From Yuukianura sp. NJ FZ-2021 (Eukaryota): 64,000 bases of DNA. The notes below the pieces were generated by a model. The model made no database searches and was not told where the DNA came from. It saw nothing but the letters and a program-made list of their open reading frames with translations. The stretch covers positions 868,001 to 932,000 of the forward strand of contig JAJCTO010000009.1 in assembly GCA_046563655.1 (NCBI GenBank), given 5' to 3'. Both the position numbers and the translations under genes were made by a program. Of this stretch, positions 1 to 11,264 are shown piece by piece (positions within the stretch are counted from its first letter, which is position 1; each line of letters starts with the position of its first letter).

Positions 1-3000
1 CCATCACGTTTTTTGTGTAGGGGGACAAGTTTTCATATTCAATCATTCCTCGTTCTACTGCCAGTGGATAGTCATTGTGCTGATCATGCAGTTCATCTGG
101 ATAGTCCAAGTCAACTTCCAAAATGAGCCCTTCTCTCTCATCATCTCCCATCCTCAAAATTCTTGCAACTGCACTCTCCAAATCTGCGGTTCGTGCTTCA
201 AAGCTCGGATCCCAGCGGAAATTCTTCCAAGGAACAAAGCATCTCAAACATGTGCTGTAGAGAAGATTGGCGTCCAACAAGCACAAGTAGCTTAGTGGTT
301 TCGACGGGTCGTATTGAGCTCCCATGTAAGGATTGTTTGCTTTTGCATATCGAAGCCCCACAGCACAATTTCCACCACGAATTCCTTTCTCACACACAGT
401 GTTGCTGGATATCCACTTTTTCGACATTTCATCCACGGCTGGATATCCAGTGGAAGAAATGGACGAAATGGATGAATCCAAAGGGGCGGAGCTTTGCCCG
501 CGGGGTATGAATATTTTGATAAAAAGGGTGGAAACAAATTAAAAAGTCTACAAAAACAACCGCAAATAGTGCTAAATTAAGTTCTAAATAACGAAACCAA
601 TCAAACAAAAGTGGTTTAAATGCTTAATTAAACTATTTCATAATATTTAATTTAGATTTATTTGAAATCCGCGCTGAGTTTTTAAGCTCAGCTGATTTCA
701 TCCATCCACCGTCCAGTAGGACCCCATTTCTTCCACTGGATATCCAGTGGAAGTGGCAATTAAGCCACTGGACGTTTAAGCATCCAGCAACACTGCTCAC
801 ACCACATGTACATGTCATCCACTTTCAAGTAGTCATAATCGACTCTTCCAACCAACATTGCAGCATCGTATGCAATTCCTGGAAGGGTCACGTAATGAGC
901 GGGTCTAAGCGGAAATTTGTAATCATCGTATCTCTCAAGTCCTGGAAACAATCTGCCAACAAGCAAACGTCCAACTTCACATAAAGGTTGTGATAGTCTC
1001 TCAAGGTTCTACATCCAAACTCTTCCCACACCTTCAGTGCTCTTTCGTAATCTTCGTCGGAAATTCCTTCCCCTCTCAGTTCACTGTAGAAGGCTTCCTT
1101 GTCTGCCAGTCCAGTCTCATCCATCTTTTCAAAACTGTCCATGTACTCGTATTGGTAGACCCCCTTTTGAAGCAGAAAAGACATTGCTCTTGGATGATGA
1201 CGAAATGCACTTTTGGTCACTTGGAACTTGTTCACATCCTTTTTGGCCATCATCTCCACCAAGTCTGCCAAGCTGGAACTGATAAACTGATAAGAGTCTA
1301 TAAACTTGAGCGCATTTCCGGCATGAGTTGTACACTCCATTGATGTAAACTTTTCTTCTGACGTAGGTAGGGGTAAAACATGTTTGAACAAGTTGCTTTT
1401 CAACGCTTGAACTATAAAGTGAGAGTCATAGTTTCGAAAATTGTGAAAAACGATGGGGATTTTTTTGGTGACTTGAAGTTGTAAGTTGCAATTGTTACAA
1501 CTCACTCCTCGGATACGTCCCGTGAGATGACAGTGGTCAATCACTGTGTCTCTCACTATTTGAAACTGAACACCACAGTGGATGCAGTTTGTGGCTGCGG
1601 TTATCATATTATAAAAATCGATTTCAGTGTATGATGGGTCACGTCCAACATCTTGTTTCAATTTTATAAAATATGGTTCAGTAATGTTCACCAAATCTTC
1701 GAGTAAATGCTGAGCAGCGTTTCGACCACAAAAGGTCAATGGTTCCTCGCACATCCTCCCGGTTGGTCCTAGAACAACAAAACTGTAGCCACAGTCAACG
1801 TGTTCATTCAGCACATTTCCAATTCGCATTGTTCCACTTTCTTGTCGTAAAATGCACTCAAAGTCACAAACAATGACAAACGACACAGGTAGTGTGTGGC
1901 GAATGTGCTTAAATGTGTACTTGAATTCTGGTGGAAAGCACACACCCTGTGGTTCTACTGCGGCACAGAAAATTTGATGTCTGTCCAGTGTCTCCTTTGA
2001 TCGCCAGTAGTGCAGACAAAAATTGCAGATAAACTTTTCAGCACGCACTTGCTCTCTTCCCAGAAGGCGAGATAACCCAAAAGATGGATTTTCGTCCGTT
2101 TGTTTAAGCAAAACGAAATGCGAATCACTTCCGTCTATGAGTAATAGTAAATCAATGTGCTATTCCCTCTTTTCTTGACATACATGAAGTGGAAATACTT
2201 TCAGCTTTTGTTTCGCGTAATTCGGATCCAACTCATCTCTGTGTTCATACCCATACACATTCACTGACAATTTAGGATTAAAGTGGTGAAACTTGTCCAT
2301 TTGGTCTAGGCCCATTGGAAAGTTGACGCAGTCCCAGTCCACAGTGTTTGGAACATTGTCGTAGCTTCTGGGGTTAACGACATGGTACCACGGAGTTGAT
2401 CCATTCTTATATAACGGATATAATTCGGACAAAATGGCATACTTGAAGCAGAATTCGTCAACATTTCTAATATTTACAATGCAACACTTGTGTCTTATAC
2501 TTGCTGGCGTGGGGATCCAACCGCGTCCTCGTTGGATTTGGTAAACAGAAAACTTAAAGGTAATCCATTTGAACCGGCTAACTTTCCACCCAGATCCCTT
2601 CCGCAGAAATGCTGCTATTGTGTCTCCAATTTTGTTTGACATCAACCGATTTGCGTTTTCTATCATCCGTGGTTGCAGACAGACATGTGCAAAAGAACGA
2701 AATGGGAAGTCTTCCACCTGATGTTCATCCGGATTATCACGCAGTTCTCGAGTCATTTCTACAAGTGCAACACTTGTCACTAAATACGAGCCAATTTCAT
2801 CGTGAATCCTTGTCATCAACTCCCTCAAGGTCGCTGAGCAATGTGAAAACACGCCACGCACGTCCACAAACACATTTTCGTCAAATCTAGCCGTATACTC
2901 GCGAGTTGTACCTCCAAAAGCTACCACTTCATCAAAAGTTACGCGGTTGAATGCAGCACAACCACCCTGCTGATTTGGAGTAACATTTTGAACATAAATT

Positions 3001-3808
3001 TCGGGATGAACGTTGAATTGGTGTTCATCTAAATGTCCCGGAAATTCAAAGTTTATTCCGCATTGGGCGCAAAACCGCCTCTGGTAGTTTTGTAATTCCA
3101 AAACCTCAGGATCTGTCATCTCATACAAAACAAATATGTTTCACGAAAATTTAATACAAAATATAATAATTTGCAGCTTACCTTCTATTTCGTTCCGAAG
3201 GTGTTCAACAACCTGCTGCGGCCTCGAAATACCTGGTGACCTTGAACTTCTTGAACCAGCTGATCGTAAAATAAACAAGATGAATGTCATCTCAAACAAA
3301 AATTTCATATAATTACAACTTTTCTTACCTGGCAAATGAATGCTTGGATGAACTTGCTCCATATGACTTATAAAGTCTCGCTCTCTAAGTCCTCGTATGT
3401 TACAAGTTTCGCACCCGAACAGTCTTTCGCAAAATGTTTCCCTCGCGCGATTATCTTCAACTCGGACACCTTGTAACAAAAGGTATATTGTACAACCACA
3501 TTCTATCAACATTGGTTAATATTCATCGATTAGTCTGCTATTGTTCTAAACATACCTTGAATTTCAACATCCTGAAAAGTGCAACTAATGTGCGACAAAT
3601 CTTGAATCTGATCGTCTTGTAACAGTTCGCCTAATGTACAAAGATTTTGTTTTAACAATATCGTTCAACATGCTATTGTGCTAAAATTACCTGGGATTTC
3701 AATGTCAGGATGAGTCCTTTGGACATGATTCAAGAACTCTGGTGCACTTAAGTTTCCTAACGCACATCTTTCACACGTATACAAAATCGACTTATTGTAA
3801 CCCGACAT
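1..3808 (-). pseudogene. Polinton/Maverick-type family B DNA polymerase gene with N-terminal C2H2-like zinc fingers and an endonuclease VII-like insert; disrupted, and probably extends beyond the window start
   Basis: Motifs include KGSGW, CFKYAIL, CDFE (Exo I), CIHCG...DHCHLTGRIRGVSCNNCN, FHNFRNYDSH (Exo II), KGVYQYEYMDS and DVCLLAD. After removing the MITE the frame reads EKGIRGG...RYAKANNPY...YDPSKP...DANLLY...LEVDLDYPDELHD. Lesions: an in-frame TAG at 2160-2162 (2159-2112 continues HIDLLLL in frame), a frameshift near 900 (LDP/AHYVTLPG), the MITE at 397-795, and a TGA at 4-6. ATG at 3808 with four predicted GT-AG introns. Confidence 0.85.
397..795. mobile_element. hAT-like MITE (399 bp) inserted in the polB gene
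   Basis: Terminal inverted repeats CAGTGTTGCTGGAT at 397-410 and 782-795. Flanks CTCACACA (389-396) and CTCACACC (796-803) form an 8-bp TSD with one mismatch. Removing the element restores MYMWCE-KGIRGG. Confidence 0.85.
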
Positions 3809-4077
3809 TTTCGTTGTATATGTACACTGCTTCTAAGTTGGTAATCAACTAAACTCACCCACTTGCATGCATTTGCCTTTTGGTAAGTTTGGAGCAAAGT
3901 AATGAAAATGCAGTCAACCTCCCCTCCTAGTTTCCTCCCAACTCTTACAAAAGAATTTGTGTGATAGAGAAGATGGGGGATCTCACAGAGGCAGCCTCGT
4001 GTGGGAAAATTGATGACATCATAATCATTGTCTCGTCAACTCCATCAGTGCACATGTACTGACAGAGTTCATTTCGA

Positions 4078-5026
4078 AACAAGGTAGGGTGATGCTCAAG
4101 GGTTGAGCATTGGTCTTCTGGAGGGAGTTGGAAATTGATACGGCTTTTAGACCGGCTGTCCGCAAATCCGTTCAAGAAAAACTTTAAGAAACCGTTTTCA
4201 CGAGATTTTTGCAACGAAACGTCGCTCTAAATTTTCAGTGCAGATGTGGGGCCTTTTGTCCACAATTACATCAAAATGTGAAAAAACCGTTTACATCAAA
4301 ATGTTGTTCAACTTTGAACAGTTTTCACTCTCTTAAAAATTATTTTGCCGCATAATTGCTCCCAAATGTGCATAGATTTTGACATCACAAGGCCCATTAC
4401 CCATCGTCAAAATAACTGCACAATTTTACATTGATGTGCAATAAGTGTGCAACATGCACAAAATTGAACGTTGAAGAAAGTTTATCGAATATCGTTTCTT
4501 AAAATCAAAATCGGTTCAAATAAATGCACCATGTGTTATTAAGTGCATAAGCTGTGGAGTCGAATATCCCTTGTTCCAAATGAAAATTATAAAAATTTCT
4601 TGCAAAGGCAAATTTGAACCCTGCCAAACACTGTTTACGTATTAAGAATTTAAGCCGGAATTTCTAGCCTCTAACTAGGCTTAATTTAACAACGTAATTA
4701 AACTAACTGTCAGAAAATGACCAGATCAAAACTTCGTTGTTAAAAAATAATTTGAGTGTAATGCAGACCTAATTCAAGCATTTTGAGGACGTAAGAAGCA
4801 CCACTGCAGGAGTGACCGGCCATTCTCACGTTGTTAATATACCACTTTGAGTACAATGTAGACCTAATAAAAACACTTGAGCCATACATAACCCCCTGAA
4901 CGAGATTGGGCTCATGTTTCAGTAGAAAGGTTTCTAAAAAACAGGACAGACGGACGGACGGACGGACAAAGTCGTATCAATAGTCTTCTTCAGCATGTCG
5001 TAGACATGCGTCTCCAGAAGACTAAA
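4078..5026 (+). mobile_element. Non-autonomous Helentron/HINE (DINE-1-like) element, apparently complete
   Basis: Starts AACAAG. 5' hairpin ATGCTCAA-GGG-TTGAGCAT (4092-4110). Subterminal inverted repeats GTCTTCTGGAG (4113-4123) and CTCCAGAAGAC (5012-5022). (GACG)n microsatellite at about 4944-4968. 3' hairpin GCATGTC-GTA-GACATGC; ends in an A run. Confidence 0.65.
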
Positions 5027-5029
5027 ACG

Positions 5030-5819
5030 AGGTCATGTTTTGTTTACGTTTTTTGGTAGTAGTCCCTACGTGATTACTACTGGTGTCCTGTATCGCTCAA
5101 GTGTTTTCATTAGGTCTACATTGTACTCAAAGTGTTAAATTAACAACGTAGAAGTTGGCGGCTACTTTACGTACCCGCAGTATCGTGGCTCCGCAAAACT
5201 GTTTTGGTTTCGATTGCACTTAAAGTATTTATAAACAACGGAATTTTGATCTGGTCATTTTCTGACAGTTAGTTTAATTACGTTGTTAAATTAAGCCTGT
5301 TTAGAGGGTAGAAATTCTGACTTAAATTCGTAATATGTAAGCAGAGTTTCGCAGAGTTCAAATTTGCCTTTGCATGAAATTATTATAAACAAGCGATTTT
5401 CGGCAGAATAACTTATGCACTTAATTTAACACACTGTGCATCTTCATGAACCGTTTTCGATTTAAAAGAAGGCATATTCGACCCATCGTGCTCAGCGTTC
5501 AAATTTGTTGATCATCACAAATCTCAATTTCGATATCACTATTTTGATGCCGTTTGGTTTACGCTCTTTTCGCTAATAGTACATTGCCATGGCAACACCG
5601 ACAATACATTATGTGCATTTTGCTCAACAAATTAAGAACATCAATTCAGTGCACTATTTTGGGGTTCAAAACTGGAACATGATTTTGGTGCAATTTAATG
5701 GTAGAATTGCCAACCCAATTTTGGCTATACTTTTGAGGCAAACCGGTTTAAAGTCGTATCAATTGTCAACTCCCTCCAGAAGACCTATGCTCAACCCTTG
5801 AGCATCGCCCTACCTTGTT
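5030..5819 (-). mobile_element. Second, diverged copy of the same HINE-like family in opposite orientation, lacking the microsatellite and 3' end
   Basis: The reverse complement from 5819 reads AACAAGGTAGGGCGATGCTCAAGGGTTGAGCATAGGTCTTCTGGAGGGAG, matching 4078 onward. 5100-5470 is an inverted match to about 4500-4890. Confidence 0.65.
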
Positions 5820-7559
5820 GATATCGAGTTGTGTTGAGTTACTAAGCATACCTATTCGTAAGAAGTATTTGTAATGTCAAGCAACTAATTAGTCTCATAG
5901 GCAAGATAGAGCTACATATTTGCAAAGCATCCAGTAATGGGGCTCTCGATACTGGTGTTTAAATTTAGAGCCCCATGATTTCACCACAGTAAATAGTTAT
6001 CCCCCTAAGTTTTCGGATGAAGGTTTTTCATCTTGGAGCCCTAACATTAGAGGCTTGGCAGAGTTGTAGGTGTTGCTATAACTTCAATGTAACCTTTGCA
6101 TGTATTGTTGGCCACGATTTTAGTAAAGCATTTATTCCAAAGCAAATTGTGCTGATATTTGCCATCGTTACCAACTGGGAACAAATCCATCAAATATCCC
6201 TTTGTTATTTTTGAAAACTGCCTACTTTTGATATTAAGTTGCGTTGAGTTACTTAGCATACCTATTCGTAAGAAGTATTTATAATGTCAAGCAACTAATT
6301 AGTCTCATAGGCAAGATAGAGCTACATATTTGCAAAGCATCCAGTAATGGGGCTCTCGATACTGGTGTTTACATTTAGAGCCCCATGATTTCACTACAGT
6401 AAATAGCTATCCCCCTAAGTTATCTGATGAAGGTTTCTCATCTTGGAGCCCTAACATTAGAGGCTTGGTAGGGTTGTGGGTATTGCTATAACTTCAATGT
6501 AACCTTTGCATGTATTGTTGGATATGATTTTAGTAAAGCATTTATTCCAAAGCAAATTGTGCTGATATTTGCCATCGTTACCAACTGGGAACAAATCCAT
6601 CAAATATCCCTTTGTTATTTTTGAAAACTGCCTACTTTTGATATTAAGTTGCGTTGAGTTACTTAGCATACCTATTCGTAAGAAGTATTTATAATGTCAA
6701 GCAACTAATTAGTCTCATAGGCAAGATAGAGCTACATATTTGCAAAGCATCCAGTAATGGGGCTCTCGATACTGGTGTTTACATTTAGAGCCCCATGATT
6801 TCACTACAATAAATAGCTATCCCCCTAAGTTATCTGATGAAGGTTTCTCATCTTGGAGCCCTAACATTAGAGGCTTGGTAGGGTTGTGGGTATTGCTATA
6901 ACTTCAATGTAACCTTTGCATGTATTGTTGGATATGATTTTAGTAAAGCATTTATTCCAAAGCAAATTGTGCTGATATTTGCCATCGTTACCAACTGGGA
7001 ACAAATCCATCAAATATCCCATTGTCATTTTTGAAAACTGCCTACTTTTGATATTAAGTTGCGTTGAGTTACTTAGCATACCTATTCGTAAGAAGTATTT
7101 ATAATGTCAAGCAACTAATTAGTCTCATAGGCAAGATAGAGCTACATATTTGCAAAGCATCCAGTAATGGGGCTCTCGATACTGGTGTTTACATTTAGAG
7201 CCCCATGATTTCACTACAGTAAATAGCTATCCCCCTAAGTTATCTGATGAAGGTTTCTCATCTTGGAGCCCTAACATTAGAGGCTTGGTAGGGTTGTGGG
7301 TATTGCTATAACTTCAATGTAACCTTTGCATGTATTGTTAGATATGATTTTAGTAAAGCATTTATTCCAAAGCAAATTGTGCTGATATTTGCCATCGTTA
7401 CCAACTGGGAACAAATCCATCAAATATCCCTTTGTCATTTTTGAAAACTGCCTACTTTTGATATTAAGTTGCCTTGAGTTACTTAGCATACCTATTCGTA
7501 AGAAGTATTTATAATGTCAAGCAACTAATTAGTCTCATAGGCAAGATAGAGCTACATAT
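5820..7559. repeat. 410-bp satellite, left part (about 4 monomers)
   Basis: Exact 410-bp periodicity (recurrent ORFs at 6259, 6669, 7079, 7489). Each monomer contains an ATGGGGCTCT...AGAGCCCCAT inverted repeat. Confidence 0.97.
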
Positions 7560-8461
7560 TGCAAGGGTCAATTAGGTCAAAGGGGTCACTTCGAATAAGT
7601 GCCCTACCCGATTGGCCACTTAGCGAAGGAGCGTGGTCACTTGGCGCTAAAAAGGCCAATTGTAGTTGTAGGAATTGAAAGTTTGACCCTTAAGGGGTCC
7701 GTAGATCCGGCAGCAGACCCACTTCGCCACCCTGGGCAGTCAAAGACTACCCGCGTCGGTGGCGCGGAGTGGACGCTGAAGGGACTCCTAATAGATAAGG
7801 GCCCACTTAACTGTACGCCCCACCTCCTTGGGTCAGTCGCAACTGCCCGTGTCGGAGCTGCAAGGCGCACGAAGGGAATTTCGGTGGAGGGAGCCCTAAC
7901 CTTTTGACGGGTGAACGCGTCCAGGAGCCGACAGGCCCTGCACCCTTCCCAGTCCCGGTCCCTTCCCTTTTTATCAATAACTCAATTTTGCATTTTTGTT
8001 ATGTACCTTGGCTGTCGAATGCAGATGACGAAGGGTCCAAGTCTCGCTGAATCTTTCCCTGGCTTAGCTTAGCTCCTTGGCTGGTTGTAGATGAGAGACG
8101 GAAGTGAATCGAACTTTTGAATTTTTACTTTTTATTTGTCTTAAAAGAAATTAGGACTTAAAATTTTAAGGAGAAATTTAACTAAGAAGAAAACTTAATT
8201 TGAAATTCTAACTGAAGGAAATGATCGAATGTCTTCATGCTTGCACCCTATATTTATAGATGTTACTTTTGGTTGCTACCCTGCAATTCTTGACATTGTA
8301 TTTTTTCGCAAAATTTTGGGAAATTCGCAACTTTGTATTTTTATAATCTAAAACCATGTTCAAGCCAACAGCAATCTCAATTGCTGGTGACTTGAATCTG
8401 GTGTCTTCCCATGCACTCTAATGCATCTGCAACTTAGAGCTTAACCTTATTGATCCCATTA

Positions 8462-11061
8462 TATATATATGTTTATAAGAGGGGGCTCACTACCTATTAA
8501 TTAGGATAGTGAGGCCCACGCTGAGCATGCGCTATATGGCATATTTCAGTCTCTCCTAGAAAAACAGCGTTATTCTATCGGGGTATCCCTCTGCTTTCCC
8601 CGATTTAACCTTCCTGACCTCTTTGTAAAGTCAAGTAGGGAGGGCAGAGGGATGTCTGCAAGGTCTGTTCTATCTAGGAATGCTTTCCCAAACAGAACAA
8701 GCCTAGTACGGGCGTGCCCCTCGCATCCCAACAGAAAATGGTCTCTACTTTCCTCCTCCTTCCCACAGACACTGCAGGTTGGGGAGTCCGCAAGTCCTAT
8801 TCTGTATAGGTGCTTTGCTAGCAAGCAATGTCCGGTCACAATCATAGCCAGTAGACGCAAAGATCCTCGGCTGAGGTTTAGACAGAGCTTTGCCGTTTTC
8901 TTGCTGAAACTCGTCAGCAGTGTTTTTGCGTCTTTGCAGTCCTGGCTGTTTCTCCACCTTTCCTCGTGGCACTGCTTCCCCCATCTACTGATAGCAGTGT
9001 GTACAGTGCTCACAGGTACAGGTAGAGTAGGCGCAGGACCAACAAATGGTATTTCCGTTGCTTCCTTAGCTAACCCATCGACAGTCTCGTTCCCTTCGTA
9101 CCCGCTATGTGCTGGTATCCAGTGTACTGTGACTTGCCTGGTGTTGGCCAATGTGTTGAGCGCGTCAAAGCATTCTCTGACCATGCCAGCTTGTGGCCAA
9201 GGGCTAATTAGAGAGTCTAAAACGCTCTTTGAGTCTACGTAAATGTGCGCGGGGAAGACATTCCTTTGGAGTAATAGTCTTCTCGCTGCACATAAAAGAG
9301 CAAAAACCTCCGCCTGGGGCACGCTAGGGTGCTTTCCCAGGGGTAGTTTGTACCCTTTTGCTGGTCCATCCGGTGGTACGATGTAAAACGCTGCACCAGA
9401 TTTCCCGTCTATGCGTGAACCGTCAGTGTAGCAGTTTATCGCATCACTAGGAGGACCACGTTTTGCCCGTTCCTTCCACTGCTTCCTCGAGATCACTTCT
9501 ATCTCAAAGTATCTCTTAGTCGGCAGTATGTTATATCTCTCGCAAGGAAATCCCATTTCTGGGATATCGCATGCGAATGATTCGCAGACTTGTGCGTGAG
9601 TTTGGGTCTTCAGAAAGTTGACCCTAGCGGGAATCCAGTCACTAGAGATTCTAAGCCGGTGCATGGTCCGGAGTGCAACCTCCTTAAGATGGATGTCTAA
9701 CGGTCTTAGGTTCAATAGAGCCTCCATGGCTGCTGTCGGTGTAGATTTCATCACTCCGAAAGTCGCCAACAGGGCAGCTCTTTGAACCTTGACCAGAGGT
9801 TTTATGGTGTTGGGTTTATGAGCAGCCTCTGTCCAGACCAGCCCACCATAGGTTATGGCTGGTCTAACTACGGCCTCGTAAATCCAGTGTGTGTACTTTG
9901 GGGAGAGTCCTTACGTTTTTCCAATAGCGCGTTTGCATTGTGCTAACGCGATGGAGCCCGTGAGTGCTCTCCGTTTAATGTGTGCATTACAGTTCAGTTT
10001 GTCGTCTAAGGTCACCCCTAGATAACGTACAGCTTTGGAATATTTCACCTCCACACTCCCAATTTTGAGAGGTATTAGTTTTGTGTTTCGTTTGTTAGTG
10101 AACAAAATGGCTTCTGCCTTTTCCCCACATAGACCTAAGTCAATGTCTGGGCGGCGACACCATTCCATCACTAAATTAAGTGCCTGCTGCACTATATTTA
10201 CGATGGTGGGGTAGTCGACTCCAGAGTGGAGTAGTCCCACATCGTCAGCAAAGGCCTGGCTTAATACTTGTGGAAAGCGACTGTCTAATGACGTCAGCAC
10301 TTCACTTACAAGTAGGATCCAGAGTAAGGGGGAGAGCACACCACCTTGTGGGCATCCCCGTTCGACTTCACTTTCCACGGATTCGTCATGCAGTCCACCG
10401 ACGACCGTGCGGGACATGAGCATATGTTGTACCACTCGGATACAACCATCCTCTAGTCCCTCCCTGTGCATTGCAGCAATCATTGAGCGAAACGTCGCAT
10501 GGCTGAATGCTCCTTCAATGTCCAGGAGCACGGCCAGCGCGTACTTTTGATTGCGTAGTGCATGCTCTGCTAGACTGACGAATCTATGCAGGGCAAGTTC
10601 CGTAGAGCACCCCTTAGGTAGGCACATTGTCCAGCTCCTTTCAGTCTTTCCACTAGGGCGGGAGACCGTAGGTGCCAGTCAATTAGCCTCTCGAGGACCT
10701 TGAGCAGGAAGGAAGTCAGTGATATGGGCCTCCAGGAGTTGGCCCTGCAGTAACTGTCCTTCCCTGGCTTAGGGATGAAGACCGCTTGTGTCTTCCTCCA
10801 CTTTGTAGGAATGTATCCAAAACGTATACATCCTCGCATTATGGTGCCCAGTATGGGGGTAAGAACCTCTTGTCCTGCAATAAGCATTCCCGGAAATATT
10901 TCGTCCGGTCCAGCTGCCTTGTTTGGACTAAAAGTTCTGAGCACCCTACCCACTGTGGCGTCATTTGCAACCTCCGTAGCGATTGAATCACTAGCGGAGT
11001 GATCATGTACAATCTCCTGTCTTTGAGGATCAGGAGGATAATGTTTGTGAAGTTAGGTTAG
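8462..11061 (-). mobile_element. 5'-truncated non-LTR retrotransposon (LINE with RT and RNase H; LOA/Lian-like)
   Basis: TSD TTATTGATCCCATT(A) at 8447-8461 and 11062-11076; (TA)n 3' tail at 8461-8470; absent from the 5' LTR. Confidence 0.93.
8570..11040 (-). pseudogene. LINE ORF2 fragment: reverse transcriptase, RNase H and C-terminal CCHC-like motif
   Basis: Motifs KAAGPD, WRPISLTS, LDIEGAF, GCPQGGVLSPLLW, AFADD, YLGVTLD, YTDGS, AEVFA, DSKS, WIPAHSGYEGNETVD and CSVCGKEEESRDHFLLGC. Frameshift near 10620 and a stop at 9911-9913 (KT*GLSPK, where W is expected). Confidence 0.92.
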
Positions 11062-11247
11062 TTATTGATCCCATTAATGCCAACGCCTAAGTCTTTTCTA
11101 TCAAATTTACGACACTTTAAGTTTTTCTACAATTTGAATAAATGTTTGCAACATTTTGAAAACAGCAAAATGAATGAACTAATACAAACCGGTTAAAACC
11201 GGATCTCATTTTAAAACTACCTTCATGCACTTTTCCCAGGTGTAACA

Positions 11248-11260
11248 TCTTTCCCGGTTT
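11248..11260 (-). other. Polypurine tract (imperfect)
   Basis: Minus strand reads AAACCGGGAAAGA immediately before the TGTTACA start of the 3' LTR. Confidence 0.65.
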
Positions 11261-11264
11261 AATT

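Larger units (their letters stand above)
7560..11247 (-). repeat. 3' LTR (7560-8461 plus 11077-11247), interrupted by a LINE
   Basis: Matches 28560-29632; 902+171 = 1073 bp. Only two differences seen by eye (7562 and about 11088). PolyA signal AATAAA on the minus strand at 8131-8136. Confidence 0.95.

Noticed and set aside
5820..7559. 410-bp satellite as the expanded internal repeat of the adjacent HINE
   Set aside because: The HINE 5' terminus is at 5819 and points away, so the satellite lies outside the element.
7599..7907. ORFs inside the LTRs (also 28599-28907) and plus-strand ORFs antisense to gag, pol, env and the LINE
   Set aside because: No motifs; typical shadow ORFs.
11052..11061. 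Telomeric TTAGG repeat at the LINE 5' junction
   Set aside because: Only two units; could be chance or untemplated addition.
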